64,000 bases of DNA from positions 32,001 to 96,000 of the forward strand of contig JAXGPF010000008.1 in NCBI GenBank assembly GCA_040767085.1, in the 5' to 3' direction. Both the position numbers and the translations under genes were made by a program. This document shows positions 27,704 to 37,289 of the stretch, piece by piece. The notes below the pieces were generated by a model. It ran no database searches, was not told the DNA's origin, and saw only the letters and a list, made by a program, of their open reading frames with translations. Numbering within the stretch: the stretch's first letter is position 1; every line of letters starts with the position of its first letter. The stretch is from Kiritimatiellia bacterium (GTDB lineage: Bacteria > Verrucomicrobiota > Kiritimatiellia > JAAZAB01).

Positions 27704-28684
27704 TCATGGCTGGCCTGAGCGCAGGTATTCGGCGAGGTCCACCGCCGGCGCGACCGCCGCGCCATCTGCCCGTCCGGTCCCCGCCCGTTCCGGCGGGAGT
27801 TCGCCGGCTTCTCCGAGTTTCTGCAGAAAGAATTGTTCCAGGGTCCGGCAAGGCCGGTCCATTTCCGGATCGCTGCCGGTGATGCGGCGCAAAGCGTCCA
27901 CTATTTGCCGCTGGGTGGCGGTGTCCGGCGCGGGCACGGCAAAGCGGCAGAGCGCCGGATCTTCCAGCAGCGACCGGACGGCGCCCTGGACAATCACCCG
28001 GCCCTGGAACATGATCAGGATGCGTTGGCAGATATCTTCCACATCCGCGAGGAGGTGGGAGGATAAAATAACCGTTTTGCCCCGCTGGCGGAGCATGAGC
28101 AGCAGGTCTTTGACCTGGCGGCATGCCAGCGGGTCCAGGCCGGAGGTCGGCTCGTCCAGCACGATTAAGGCCGGATCGTTGATCAGCGCTTGCGCCAGGC
28201 CGATCCGGCGGGCCATTCCCTTGGAAAATTCGCCCACCCGGCGCCGGCGGGCGTGTTGCAGACCGGTCATTTCCAGCAGTTGGCGCGTGCGCCGCCGGCG
28301 TTCGCCGCGGTCGAGATTGAAAAGCCGGCCGTAAAAATCCAGGGTTTCCTCGGGTGTCAGTTGCGGGTAAACATGGTTTTCTTCCGGCAGGTAACCCAGC
28401 CGCGCGCAAACATCACGATGGCCGGGCGGCAGTCCGAAAATCCGCAACTCGCCGGCGTTGGGGCGCAGCAGGCCGAGCAGCATTTTCAGGGTGGTGCTTT
28501 TGCCCGAGCCGTTGGGTCCCAGCAGACCGAAAATCTCGCCCCGGCGGATTTCGAAGGAAACATCATGCACGGCTTCGACTTTCAGGCGTCCCCAGAAATC
28601 GCGGAAACTTTTGGCCAGACCGCGGGCGTCCAGCACCAGGTCGCCGCAGTCAGGGCTTGGCGTTTGTGGGTTTTCAGCTTGCAT
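27704..28684 (-). CDS. ABC transporter ATP-binding protein
   Basis: GPNGSGKST, FSKGM, LDEPTSGLD, SSH. Confidence 0.93.
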   Translation of the reverse strand: MQAENPQTPSPDCGDLVLDARGLAKSFRDFWGRLKVEAVHDVSFEIRRGEIFGLLGPNGSGKSTTLKMLLGLLRPNAGELRIFGLPPGHRDVCARLGYLPEENHVYPQLTPEETLDFYGRLFNLDRGERRRRTRQLLEMTGLQHARRRRVGEFSKGMARRIGLAQALINDPALIVLDEPTSGLDPLACRQVKDLLLMLRQRGKTVILSSHLLADVEDICQRILIMFQGRVIVQGAVRSLLEDPALCRFAVPAPDTATQRQIVDALRRITGSDPEMDRPCRTLEQFFLQKLGEAGELPPERAGTGRADGAAVAPAVDLAEYLRSGQP

Positions 28685-28809
28685 GGTGGTTGGCCGCCGC
28701 CTCGATTGAAAAACCCGTGCAGTATAATTTAAAAAAAACTCCAGCGCAAACAAAACCTTGCCAAAGCCGGCGGGGTTGTCATATCGTATGCGGGCGAGAG
28801 GAGGCGGAT

Positions 28810-29772
28810 ATGGCGCCGGAAATGCGCATTGTCTTCATGGGTTCGGCGGAGCTGGCGTGTCCCAGCCTGGAAATATTGCGGACGACGCCCGGGATGCGGT
28901 TGGTCGGCGTGGCGACCCAGCCGGAGCGGCCCAAGGGGCGCTCCCTGCGTCCGGCGGCCTGCCCGATCTGCGCGCACGTGGCGCGCCTGGGCATCCCGGT
29001 GCTGATGCCGGAAAAAATCAATACCCCTGAGACGCTTGCCGTCCTGCGCGACTTACGGCCGGATGCGATTGCCGTGGTGGCTTACGGGCAGATTCTGAAG
29101 CGCGCCATCCTTGATCTGCCGCCGCTGGGATGTGTCAACCTGCATGCTTCGCTGCTGCCGCGTTACCGCGGCGCGGCGCCGATCCAGTGGGCTATCGCCC
29201 GCGGTGAAAAGGTCACGGGCGTCACCACCATGTTCATGAACGAGGGCTTGGACGAAGGCGATATTATCTTTCAGGAGGAAGAGCCGATCCGCCCGGATGA
29301 CACCGCCGCCACCCTGCACGTCCGCCTGGCGCGCCGCGGGGCCGATCTGCTGGTCCGCACCTTGTTGGCCTTGCGCGCCGGGGAGGCCCCGCGCCGGCCC
29401 CAGGCGGCGGCCGGCGCTGCCACCTTCGCGCCCCGCTTGAAGAAATCTGACGGCCGGCTGGATTGGACGCGGCCGGCGGCAGAACTCTGCAACCATGTCC
29501 GCGGCTTCCATCCCTGGCCGGGCTGTTTCCTGGCGCTGCCCGGCCCGCGTTGCCAGTTGGTAAAAGTTCTGCAAGCCCGGACCGAGCCGGCCGCGCCGTC
29601 GGGCTCCGCCCCGGGCACGGTGCTGCAGGCGGCGGGAGAGGGCCCCTTGATCGGCGCCGGCCAGGCAGCGGTGCGGCTGCTGCAGGTTCAGCCGGAAGGC
29701 AAGAAGCCCATGAGCGGGGCCGCATTTCTGTGCGGCTATGGTTTGCGCGCGGGAATGGTGTTGCCGTCATAA
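28810..29772 (+). CDS. fmt: Methionyl-tRNA formyltransferase
   Basis: RIVFMGS, TQPERPKGR, VVAYGQIL, NLHASLLPRYRGAAPIQW; GAGG RBS. Confidence 0.96.
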   Translation: MAPEMRIVFMGSAELACPSLEILRTTPGMRLVGVATQPERPKGRSLRPAACPICAHVARLGIPVLMPEKINTPETLAVLRDLRPDAIAVVAYGQILKRAILDLPPLGCVNLHASLLPRYRGAAPIQWAIARGEKVTGVTTMFMNEGLDEGDIIFQEEEPIRPDDTAATLHVRLARRGADLLVRTLLALRAGEAPRRPQAAAGAATFAPRLKKSDGRLDWTRPAAELCNHVRGFHPWPGCFLALPGPRCQLVKVLQARTEPAAPSGSAPGTVLQAAGEGPLIGAGQAAVRLLQVQPEGKKPMSGAAFLCGYGLRAGMVLPS

Positions 29773-29775
29773 TTC

Positions 29776-31695
29776 ATGTTGTACCCCGTTTTATTTCTGG
29801 CGGTATTTCTGTTGCCCGGCTGGCTGATCGCCGGTATCCAGCGTTGCCGCGGGCCCCGCGTGCTCCTGGCGCTGGGATTTTCCTATGCCTTGGCGGCGCT
29901 GAACCTGCTGGTGCTGCAGACGTTGCATACGCCGCCGTCTCTTTTCACGCCCTTGCTGGCCGCGGAAATTGCGGCGCTGTTGCTCCTGGCCGGCTGGCGC
30001 CGGCGGAGCACAAGCCGGCCCCGGCCGCCTGGGCGCGCCTGGGCAGCCCTGGGCCCCGGCCTGATTGTGCTGGCGTCGGTGGCCGCCTATTTGCTGTGGG
30101 CCGGCCCATACCTGGAAATTCCCGCCGATGCCTGGGAACATCTGCGCCGCATCCAAACGCAGATGGAGATTCTGCGGGACAACGATTTCGGGCCGGCCAA
30201 AAAATGGCAGTTGTGGACCACCCAGGGGCAGGTCTGGTACTTGCTGCAGGCCATGCTCTGCCGGTGGAGCGGATTGAAAGTGCTGGATGCCGCACCCTAT
30301 GCTGTTGTAATGAACAGCCTGGCATGGACGGCGGGAATTTACCTGTTCGGCTTGAAATTGTTTGCGCCATTGCGGCGCGGGCGGCGGACGAAGGCCATGG
30401 CGGCGGCGCTGGCAACCCTGTTTTATACGGTGTCCTTCGGAGTCAGCGTGTTCGCCTATATGCGTTATTATCCGCTGGCGCCGACCATGTTGTCCTACGT
30501 AATTTACCTGGCCGCCATGATTTTCGTGATGGATTTATTGCGCCAGGACGCCTGGCGGTGGCGCCTGGCCTGGCCGCCGGCGCTGTTTTTCGTGGTCTTG
30601 AACGCAACGCATACGCAGGAAGCCTTGTTTGTTTTTTTCATGGCTTGGAGCGTCAGCCTGGCGGAAACCGTCCGGCGCTGGCCGGCCCTCCGCGCGGCAG
30701 CCTTACGCCGGCCGGCGGGAGTCCTGGGCCTGGCCGCGCTGCTGACCTGGCTGGGCTTGTTTATCTGGTCGCATGCCCGTCCGTTGTCGCCATACTGGGT
30801 TTACGGGGCCGTGCCGATTGAAAACCTGCTGCCGTTCCTGCGCGGCATGCTGGTGCAATCGCCGACGGCGCATTTCTATCCCGTCGTCGCGCTGTGGGGC
30901 TTGTGGGTCTATTTTCTGTTTGCCCGGCATTGGCGCGAATTCGCGCCAATGCCGCTGATCATGGCGGGCATGGCCATGCCGCTGCTGACGGTGTTCAATC
31001 CGGTCACCATGGATATCATGCTGCGGCATTTGCCCGATCCGACGGCGCTGTACCGGTTCAATTACCTGCTGCCGTTGCCGTATGTGGCCGCCTGGTGCGC
31101 CGTCCGCCACAGGCCGTGGGCGGCGGGCGGCGGCCGGCGCGGGCGCCGGCTGGCGGGCGCGGTGGTTTGGGCGGGATTGATTTTGTTTTTGTGCCCGGTG
31201 CATTGCGGGTATTTCGATTCCAGTTACAGCCGGTGGCCGACCTTGCGGAAAGTCAGGCCGGAGAATGACTGGCGTCACTGGCAGGATATGCTGGCCATGT
31301 TGCGGTCGCAGCCCGAGAGCGCCATCATCACCGATCCGGTGACGGCTTACATGCTGCGCGGCGCCACGCGCCATTTCATCCGCGGACAGCGGTTCGATTA
31401 CACCGAGTTTGCCTGGTGGCTGCGGCCGGAAATACCGGATTTGAATCTGGATCAAATCCGGCATTACCTGGACCGGGACCGGCGCTGGCTGCTGGTGATG
31501 AACCTGCGGGATGGCGCCGTGAGCGAGTCCGGCAGGCTTTCCGGGCATTGGCCGGCCAATGTTTTAAAGCTCGGACGCTACTACGCGCCGCGGACCGTAA
31601 AATGGGTGGAGGCGCGGCCCGAAAGCTTCCGCCTGCTTTGGGAGCGGGATCGGGTGCGGGTGTACGAGGTCAAGTTGACGCCCGGGCATCCATGA
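29776..31695 (+). CDS. Polytopic membrane protein, possibly a GT-C-type glycosyltransferase
   Basis: >10 TM segments, acidic/His loop (DAWEHL), soluble C-terminus; next to a GT4 gene. Confidence 0.7.
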   Translation: MLYPVLFLAVFLLPGWLIAGIQRCRGPRVLLALGFSYALAALNLLVLQTLHTPPSLFTPLLAAEIAALLLLAGWRRRSTSRPRPPGRAWAALGPGLIVLASVAAYLLWAGPYLEIPADAWEHLRRIQTQMEILRDNDFGPAKKWQLWTTQGQVWYLLQAMLCRWSGLKVLDAAPYAVVMNSLAWTAGIYLFGLKLFAPLRRGRRTKAMAAALATLFYTVSFGVSVFAYMRYYPLAPTMLSYVIYLAAMIFVMDLLRQDAWRWRLAWPPALFFVVLNATHTQEALFVFFMAWSVSLAETVRRWPALRAAALRRPAGVLGLAALLTWLGLFIWSHARPLSPYWVYGAVPIENLLPFLRGMLVQSPTAHFYPVVALWGLWVYFLFARHWREFAPMPLIMAGMAMPLLTVFNPVTMDIMLRHLPDPTALYRFNYLLPLPYVAAWCAVRHRPWAAGGGRRGRRLAGAVVWAGLILFLCPVHCGYFDSSYSRWPTLRKVRPENDWRHWQDMLAMLRSQPESAIITDPVTAYMLRGATRHFIRGQRFDYTEFAWWLRPEIPDLNLDQIRHYLDRDRRWLLVMNLRDGAVSESGRLSGHWPANVLKLGRYYAPRTVKWVEARPESFRLLWERDRVRVYEVKLTPGHP

Positions 31696-32794
31696 TGCGC
31701 TCGTAGAGCGACTGCAGCCGTTCGATCGTGCGGCGGCCGTCGAAATCGGCGGCGCGGCGGCGGGCCTGCTCCCGCAGGCGGCCGCGCAAGTCCCCGTCAT
31801 CCAGCAGGCGCGCCAGTTGCGCGGACATGCGCGGGATGTCGCCCGGCGGAAACAGGAGCGCCGTCTCGCCGTCGGCGAGAATCTCGCCCTGGCCGTCGGC
31901 GGTGGAGGCGGCGATGGCCTGGCCGGCCGCCAGCGCTTCATAAAGGGTGTTGGGTGTGCCTTCCATCCGGCTGGGAAAGAGCTGGATGTCGAACGCCCGC
32001 ATGACCCGGCGGGCGTCCGGACGGAATCCCAAGAAGACCGCCTGCCCGGCGATGCCCAGCGCCGCGGCCTGCTGTTTTAACGGTTCCAGGTGGCTGCCGT
32101 CGCCGACAATCCACAATTGCCAGTCGCGGCGTTGCCGGCGCGCGAGGGCCTGCATGGCGTCGGCATGGCCCTTGTGCGGCTCCAGGCGGCCGACGATGCC
32201 GATGATCCTGGTTTCCGGGCCGGCATGGTGTTCGGCGCGCAGGGCGGCCAGCCACGCCGGGTCAGCCGGCGGCATATCGTCCAGCATGATGCCGTGGTAA
32301 AGCACCTGGATCGCGTCGGCGGGGATATGCCGCTGGCGGATACAGAATTGCCGGGTGGATTCGGAAACCGCGAGCGCGTAACGGGTGCGCGGCCCCAGGA
32401 GGCGCTCCACCGGCCGCTGGTACCAGGGCACGCGCCCGTAATTGCAGCGTTCGTGCACGATCGCCGGCAGGCGCAGCCAGTGTCCGGCCAGCCGGCCCCA
32501 GGTGCAGGCGCCGTAACCGTGGGCGTGAATGATGTCCACGCGTTCGCGGCGCAGCAGCCGGAGCAGGGCCGTCAGGTTGCGCGGATCCATCTTGCCGTAT
32601 CCCAGAAAGAGCGGCTCGATGCCCGCGGTCCGCATTTGTTCCGCGGCCTTGTCCGGCCCCTTGCGGCTGCATAAAAGCACGCGGAACCGTGTTTGATCGA
32701 AGGCCGGCAGCCACCATTGAAAGGCGCGCGCCACGCCGTGCAGCGAAGCTTCCTTGCCGCCGAAATGCTCGCAGAGTTGGAGGACGGTGATCAC
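31670..32794 (-). CDS. Glycosyltransferase family 4
   Basis: DIIHAH, VGRLEPHKG, PSRMEGTPNTLYEALAAG (EX7E). Confidence 0.92.
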   Translation of the reverse strand: MITVLQLCEHFGGKEASLHGVARAFQWWLPAFDQTRFRVLLCSRKGPDKAAEQMRTAGIEPLFLGYGKMDPRNLTALLRLLRRERVDIIHAHGYGACTWGRLAGHWLRLPAIVHERCNYGRVPWYQRPVERLLGPRTRYALAVSESTRQFCIRQRHIPADAIQVLYHGIMLDDMPPADPAWLAALRAEHHAGPETRIIGIVGRLEPHKGHADAMQALARRQRRDWQLWIVGDGSHLEPLKQQAAALGIAGQAVFLGFRPDARRVMRAFDIQLFPSRMEGTPNTLYEALAAGQAIAASTADGQGEILADGETALLFPPGDIPRMSAQLARLLDDGDLRGRLREQARRRAADFDGRRTIERLQSLYERIMDARAST

Positions 32795-33180
32795 AAGAGG
32801 ATGTCTTTGGTCAAGGCGCGCGCGCGTTCGATATCCTCGCAGGAAATGGCGACGATCCCCGTCGCGCCTTCGCGGCGGATCAGGCGGGCGGAACGCATAT
32901 TAATGCCGGCTTCGCTAAAGCGTCGGGCGATTTGCGCCAGCGCGCCCGGCCGATCCGCCACTTTCACGAGGATGGTCTCCTCTGTGACGGCGTGAAACCC
33001 GGCATTGGCCAGGGCGCGCAGGGCGGCGTCGCATTGATCCACGGCCATGGTGATGACCGCGGTCTCGCCGATGCATTCGGAATCAATGGATTCGATGTTA
33101 ACATTGGCCGCCGCCATTTTTTCGGCGACGTCGGCCAGCAGGCCGGCGTGGTCCTTGGCGATGATGGTGATTTGTTTCAT
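32791..33180 (-). CDS. Tandem ACT-domain protein
   Basis: DHAGLLADVAEKMAAANVNI and DRPGALAQIARRFSEAGIN. Confidence 0.88.
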   Translation of the reverse strand: MKQITIIAKDHAGLLADVAEKMAAANVNIESIDSECIGETAVITMAVDQCDAALRALANAGFHAVTEETILVKVADRPGALAQIARRFSEAGINMRSARLIRREGATGIVAISCEDIERARALTKDILL

Positions 33181-34304
33181 GACATTGTGCTCTGTAAATC
33201 CCCGCAAATGCGGTCCACCATGGCCGGGGTTACATGCGGCATGGTGATGATGTGCGCGCTCTCATGCTGCACGGCCAATTGCCAGCGTTGGATGAAATCC
33301 ATGGGCGGGCGTGGAAAGACCACGGTGATGGAATGGGGGTGCCGCCAGGCCGGCACGCCCATGGCCTGGAATTGTTCCACGGCATAAGCGGCGACGCGCA
33401 GGCAGGCGTCAATGCGCGCCCGGAAACCCGCCCGGCCTAAGGCGCGGAACTGACACCAGAGAAACAGCGGCGTGATGCCGTTGCGCGAGCCGCTGACAGT
33501 GGTGTCCATGGTACCGATGTATTCAATGTTCCGGGAAATCCGGTCCACCAACTCCTTGCGGGCCATGACAATGCCGCAGGGAATTGGCGAACCGATCATC
33601 TTGTGGCCGCTGACGGAGAGACTGTTGATGCCGGCGCGGAAATCGAAGGGCGGGGGATCGTCCACGAACGGCAGGATCATGCCGCTCAAAGCCGCGTCGG
33701 CGTGGATGTAATATTCCTTGATGGCCAGGTTGCGCAGGATGTCGTTGATGCCCGCCAGGTCGTCCACCGCGCCCTTCATGGTGGTGCCGATATTGGCGAA
33801 AATGATCGGGGGCACGTCCCGGTGAATTTTAAGCGACTCCCGCAAATCCTCCAGGTCCATGCGCCCGTCCGGCTGGCTGCGGATCATGACATTGCGCACG
33901 TGCAACATGCGCAAAACCTTACTGACGGAGTAATGCGTGTCTTCCGAGTAATAGACAATGCCTTCGGGATAAACCTCGCGCGCCAGGTAAATGCCGTATA
34001 AATTGCCTTCCGTGCCGCCATTGGTGACATAGCCCCAGATTTTACCTGGCGGCGCATGCACCATCTGCCCGTAGATTTCCAGCACTTCCCGTTCGAACCG
34101 TTGCGTGTTGAGATGATAATTGCTCGCCATGAACGGATCGCCGACATTGTTGATCGGGAAGGCGAGAAACCGGAAGAGCGGGGTGTAATCGAAGTCGGCA
34201 TTGCAAGGGTAGCCGGCAAAACACTGCCGGGCGGTTTGCAAGTCCGCGAACAGGCGGTCCAATTCAACGTGGTCCGCGGCGGATATATTGGGCTGATGCT
34301 GCAT
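33177..34304 (-). CDS. PLP-dependent histidine decarboxylase family (group II)
   Basis: NNVGDP, WGYVTNGGTEGN, DTHYSV, GTTMKGA, HADAAL, SGHKMIGSPIPCG, SGSRNG. Confidence 0.9.
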   Translation of the reverse strand: MQHQPNISAADHVELDRLFADLQTARQCFAGYPCNADFDYTPLFRFLAFPINNVGDPFMASNYHLNTQRFEREVLEIYGQMVHAPPGKIWGYVTNGGTEGNLYGIYLAREVYPEGIVYYSEDTHYSVSKVLRMLHVRNVMIRSQPDGRMDLEDLRESLKIHRDVPPIIFANIGTTMKGAVDDLAGINDILRNLAIKEYYIHADAALSGMILPFVDDPPPFDFRAGINSLSVSGHKMIGSPIPCGIVMARKELVDRISRNIEYIGTMDTTVSGSRNGITPLFLWCQFRALGRAGFRARIDACLRVAAYAVEQFQAMGVPAWRHPHSITVVFPRPPMDFIQRWQLAVQHESAHIITMPHVTPAMVDRICGDLQSTMS

Positions 34305-34383
34305 GTTTGCGCCTTGGGGTGAAAATTGTCAAAGTATGCCGGAAAGCCGCCGATGGTTCAAGGCAAAAACTGCGGTTTTCTGC

Positions 34384-34412
34384 TTGACGTCCCTGATAAA
34401 TGGGCGGATACT
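34384..34412 (+). promoter_or_regulatory. Putative sigma70 promoter for the Flp pilin
   Basis: TTGACG-N17-GATACT about 100 nt upstream of ATG 34510. Confidence 0.45.
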
Positions 34413-34509
34413 TTACCCAAAAAGTTGAAATGACGTTTTTTGGTTTATGCGGGTGTTTGATATTGGACAATTAAATTTGCCGGAAGACGGCACTGGCAGG
34501 GAGGCGTAA

Positions 34510-34734
34510 ATGAAAGCTGGACGTTATCGGCGGTCCGGTCAGTCCATGACGGAGTACATCATCATTGTGGCCGTGATTGCGTTGGCGGCGCTGGCCGTGT
34601 TCGGTCTGTTCGGCGACCGGATTCGCGCCATGGTCGGCGGCGCGGTGGTGGATCTGGGCGGCGATGAAGGCGAAGTCGAAGAGGCTACCGAGGTTGAATC
34701 CACCGAGTACTTGAAGACCCTGGGTACAGACTAA
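34510..34734 (+). CDS. Flp-family type IVb pilin
   Basis: GGGAGG RBS; G/QSMTEYIIIVAVIALAALA Flp motif; 74 aa. Confidence 0.88.
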   Translation: MKAGRYRRSGQSMTEYIIIVAVIALAALAVFGLFGDRIRAMVGGAVVDLGGDEGEVEEATEVESTEYLKTLGTD

Positions 34735-35074
34735 TGCTGAATTGTGAATAATCAGACAAGGCGGCCTGCGGCCACAATCTGCCGTCGCAAAAGCTATGGC
34801 AGACGCAGTCCGGCAGTGGCCGGGCCGCGTCGAAAGTTTGCCGCCCTCCGGTGTGGCGGTGCAAGCCACAAGTGAAAGTGTAGTTTGATCCGGAACCAAT
34901 CCGAAATCATCCGCCCGTCTCTGCCGGACTGGCTGCATCCGGTTGCTGCTGGACAAGCTTTCACATGTCGCCTGCACCTGCACCGTGCCTAAGGTTTATC
35001 ATTCAACCTTCATAATTCATAATTAATTTGAAATGGCACGCCATGGGCGGTAACGCCCCGGCGTGCCATTGCCT

Positions 35075-35635
35075 ATGGACATGACGCCCAATGTGCTCAA
35101 GCGGGCCGGATGCAGCGGCCAATCGCTGGTGGAATCCTGCGTGGTGATCGGGATCATCTGCCTTTTTCTCATGGGCTTGTTTCAGTTGTCCCAGCTTTAC
35201 ATGGCGCGCGAGAGCCTGATGTATGCCGCCGGCCGCGGCGCGCGCGCCCGCACGGTGGGATTCAACGATTTCATGGTGCATAAAACCGTGCGCGTGGCCG
35301 CCATTCCCGCTGCCGGCCGCATGCTGGACCGGCCGGACACCGTCAACAGCCCGTCCGCGCAGCGCAATTTCGAGCGCGCCCGTATTCCGCTCTATCTTGC
35401 CGAGGGACATTATGGGCGTTTGTCCGCCATCCTGGATTATACCAACTGGACGGAACTCGGCCACAGTGTGATTGACCTGGGCGGGCCGCAGTTGGATTGC
35501 CGCGTGCGGCTGGATTTCCCGGTCCAAACCCCGGTCTTCCGGGCCTTTTACCGCGGTGAGACCGTGCCGTTATCCGGCAGCGCGACGCTGGAAAATCATT
35601 ACCCGCTGTATTTGCGGGATATGGATGCGCCGTGA
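35075..35635 (+). CDS. TadE-like minor pilin
   Basis: G/QSLVESCVVI.. and YAAGRGARA; start ambiguous (35063/35075/35081). Confidence 0.82.
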   Translation: MDMTPNVLKRAGCSGQSLVESCVVIGIICLFLMGLFQLSQLYMARESLMYAAGRGARARTVGFNDFMVHKTVRVAAIPAAGRMLDRPDTVNSPSAQRNFERARIPLYLAEGHYGRLSAILDYTNWTELGHSVIDLGGPQLDCRVRLDFPVQTPVFRAFYRGETVPLSGSATLENHYPLYLRDMDAP

Positions 35636-35657
35636 GATGCGCCTCCCCGCCGGCGCC

Positions 35658-35702
35658 GGCGCGCAAGGCGCGGCTCGCGCTGGCGGCGCAGCGCGCCCTG
35701 CC
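35658..35702. repeat. GTAG-type REP copy
   Basis: Reverse complement of 8310-8354 (40/45). Confidence 0.7.
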
Positions 35703-35780
35703 GTAGGGTTGTGAGTGCAAGCTCGTGTTAGAGTTTGAAGGTTTTAAGGTTTTACGCAAGAATACCGAACGCTGAACACC

Positions 35781-37229
35781 ATGTCGGACCGTCATTCCAG
35801 TCAAATCCCGCCGCCTGCCGCCGCGCATGCGCCGGCCAAAAGCGGGCAGGTGCTGGTGTTCCTGCTGATGGCGCTGGTGATCATCACCATGGTCATCCTC
35901 TGGCATGTGGATTTGAATGCCATCCTGCATTTGAAATCCCGGACGCAGAATGCCGGCGATGCCGCGGCCCTGGCCGCCGCGCGCTGGCAAGGCCTCACGC
36001 TGAACCTGGTCGGCGACTTGAACATCATGCAGGCCCTGGCCTTGTCGGGCGGCGACACGAATGCCGCCGGGCAGATCGCGGAAATGCAGGCGCGGTTGCG
36101 TTACATGGGGCCGCTGGTGGGGCTGGCGGCGGCGCAGCAGGCCGCCAAGCATAACGGCATTTTTGTCAACGCCGCGTTCAGCGCCGCCCTGCAGGAACAT
36201 GCGGATGAAGTCCGCGCAGTTTACATGGATGCCGCCGGCGGTTTCGCCGAGCCCTGGCCCGGCTGCTGGGACGCCTATGCCGGCGTCCTGGAGGCGCTGG
36301 CCGGGGAAGGCCTGGCGGCGGCGCCGGACAATACCCGGCGGTACAACGACTACAATGGCGATCATGTGCTGCTGGACCCCAGTTTTTACGACGCCATCGC
36401 GGGCCAGGATTGGTGCTGGTTCAAGTGGTATAACCTGGCTTTGCTGCGGTTTTACACGGACTACACTTATTGGCCGGCGCTGCCGCCGCGCGTCCCGCCG
36501 GAAACGCCGGCGGACAGCGAAATCTTCGGATTGGGATTGAGCGCGGTGCAGGCCGTGTTGCCCGGCGGCGCCGCCATGCTCACCAATCTGAACGAACTGG
36601 TTGACGAGCGCGATTTAAGTTCCGCGTCGGTCACTACGGCGGCGCTGGCCTTTGCCGCCACCTGGACGACCTATGATCTCGCCCGGTGGACGGCCTGGAC
36701 GGCCCTGGCGGCATCCAATAACTTTCCCATCCGTCCGCTGGCCCCCCGCCCGGAATACGATTATGCCGGCGCGGATGCCGTGGCGCGGGTGGTTGCGGAA
36801 ACGGCGCGCCTCACCCCGCGCGCCGGCGCCAGCGCGGTCAATTGGACCGCCGCCGCCAAGCCGTTCGGCTACCTGGAGACGGCGGACGGGCCGGAACGGC
36901 CGGACTACGCCGGCCTGGTCCTGCCGGCTTTTCATCATGTCCGGCTGGTGCCCGCGGATGCCGCGTCCGGCCCGGCCGGCGGCGCCTATGACATGGCCTG
37001 GCGGGAACATATTACAGTGCATCTGCCGGCTTACATCCGCGACGGGCTGCGGGGCCTGGACGCGGATTGCTGGTATTGCCGGCAATTGGAGCAGTGGGAA
37101 GACGACGACTTCCGCGAGGACGGCCTCGATTGGCTGGAAGAACGGGATGAAGACGGCGAATTGCTCCACCCCTGTTATACGGTTACCGGGCCCGGCGGGC
37201 CGGGCGGCGGCACGCGGCGGGGGCATTGA
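35781..37229 (+). CDS. TadG-like pilus assembly/tip protein
   Basis: G/QVLVFLLMAL..., KSRTQNAGDAAALAAA Tad N-terminal motif. Confidence 0.85.
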   Translation: MSDRHSSQIPPPAAAHAPAKSGQVLVFLLMALVIITMVILWHVDLNAILHLKSRTQNAGDAAALAAARWQGLTLNLVGDLNIMQALALSGGDTNAAGQIAEMQARLRYMGPLVGLAAAQQAAKHNGIFVNAAFSAALQEHADEVRAVYMDAAGGFAEPWPGCWDAYAGVLEALAGEGLAAAPDNTRRYNDYNGDHVLLDPSFYDAIAGQDWCWFKWYNLALLRFYTDYTYWPALPPRVPPETPADSEIFGLGLSAVQAVLPGGAAMLTNLNELVDERDLSSASVTTAALAFAATWTTYDLARWTAWTALAASNNFPIRPLAPRPEYDYAGADAVARVVAETARLTPRAGASAVNWTAAAKPFGYLETADGPERPDYAGLVLPAFHHVRLVPADAASGPAGGAYDMAWREHITVHLPAYIRDGLRGLDADCWYCRQLEQWEDDDFREDGLDWLEERDEDGELLHPCYTVTGPGGPGGGTRRGH

Positions 37230-37289
37230 AACACTGATGAAGTCTGCAACCCAATTGGGAGCCGGAGCGCCCACCGCCCCGGAAATCAT

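Noticed and set aside
28354-28809. N-terminal extensions of ORF-track calls (fmt; also aconitase, 53841, 44334, carB)
   Set aside because: They overlap other genes or promoter regions; family motifs begin at downstream ATGs
35034-35048. Sigma54 promoter TGGCAC before tadE
   Set aside because: -12 TTGC is absent; the sequence is explained by a hairpin arm
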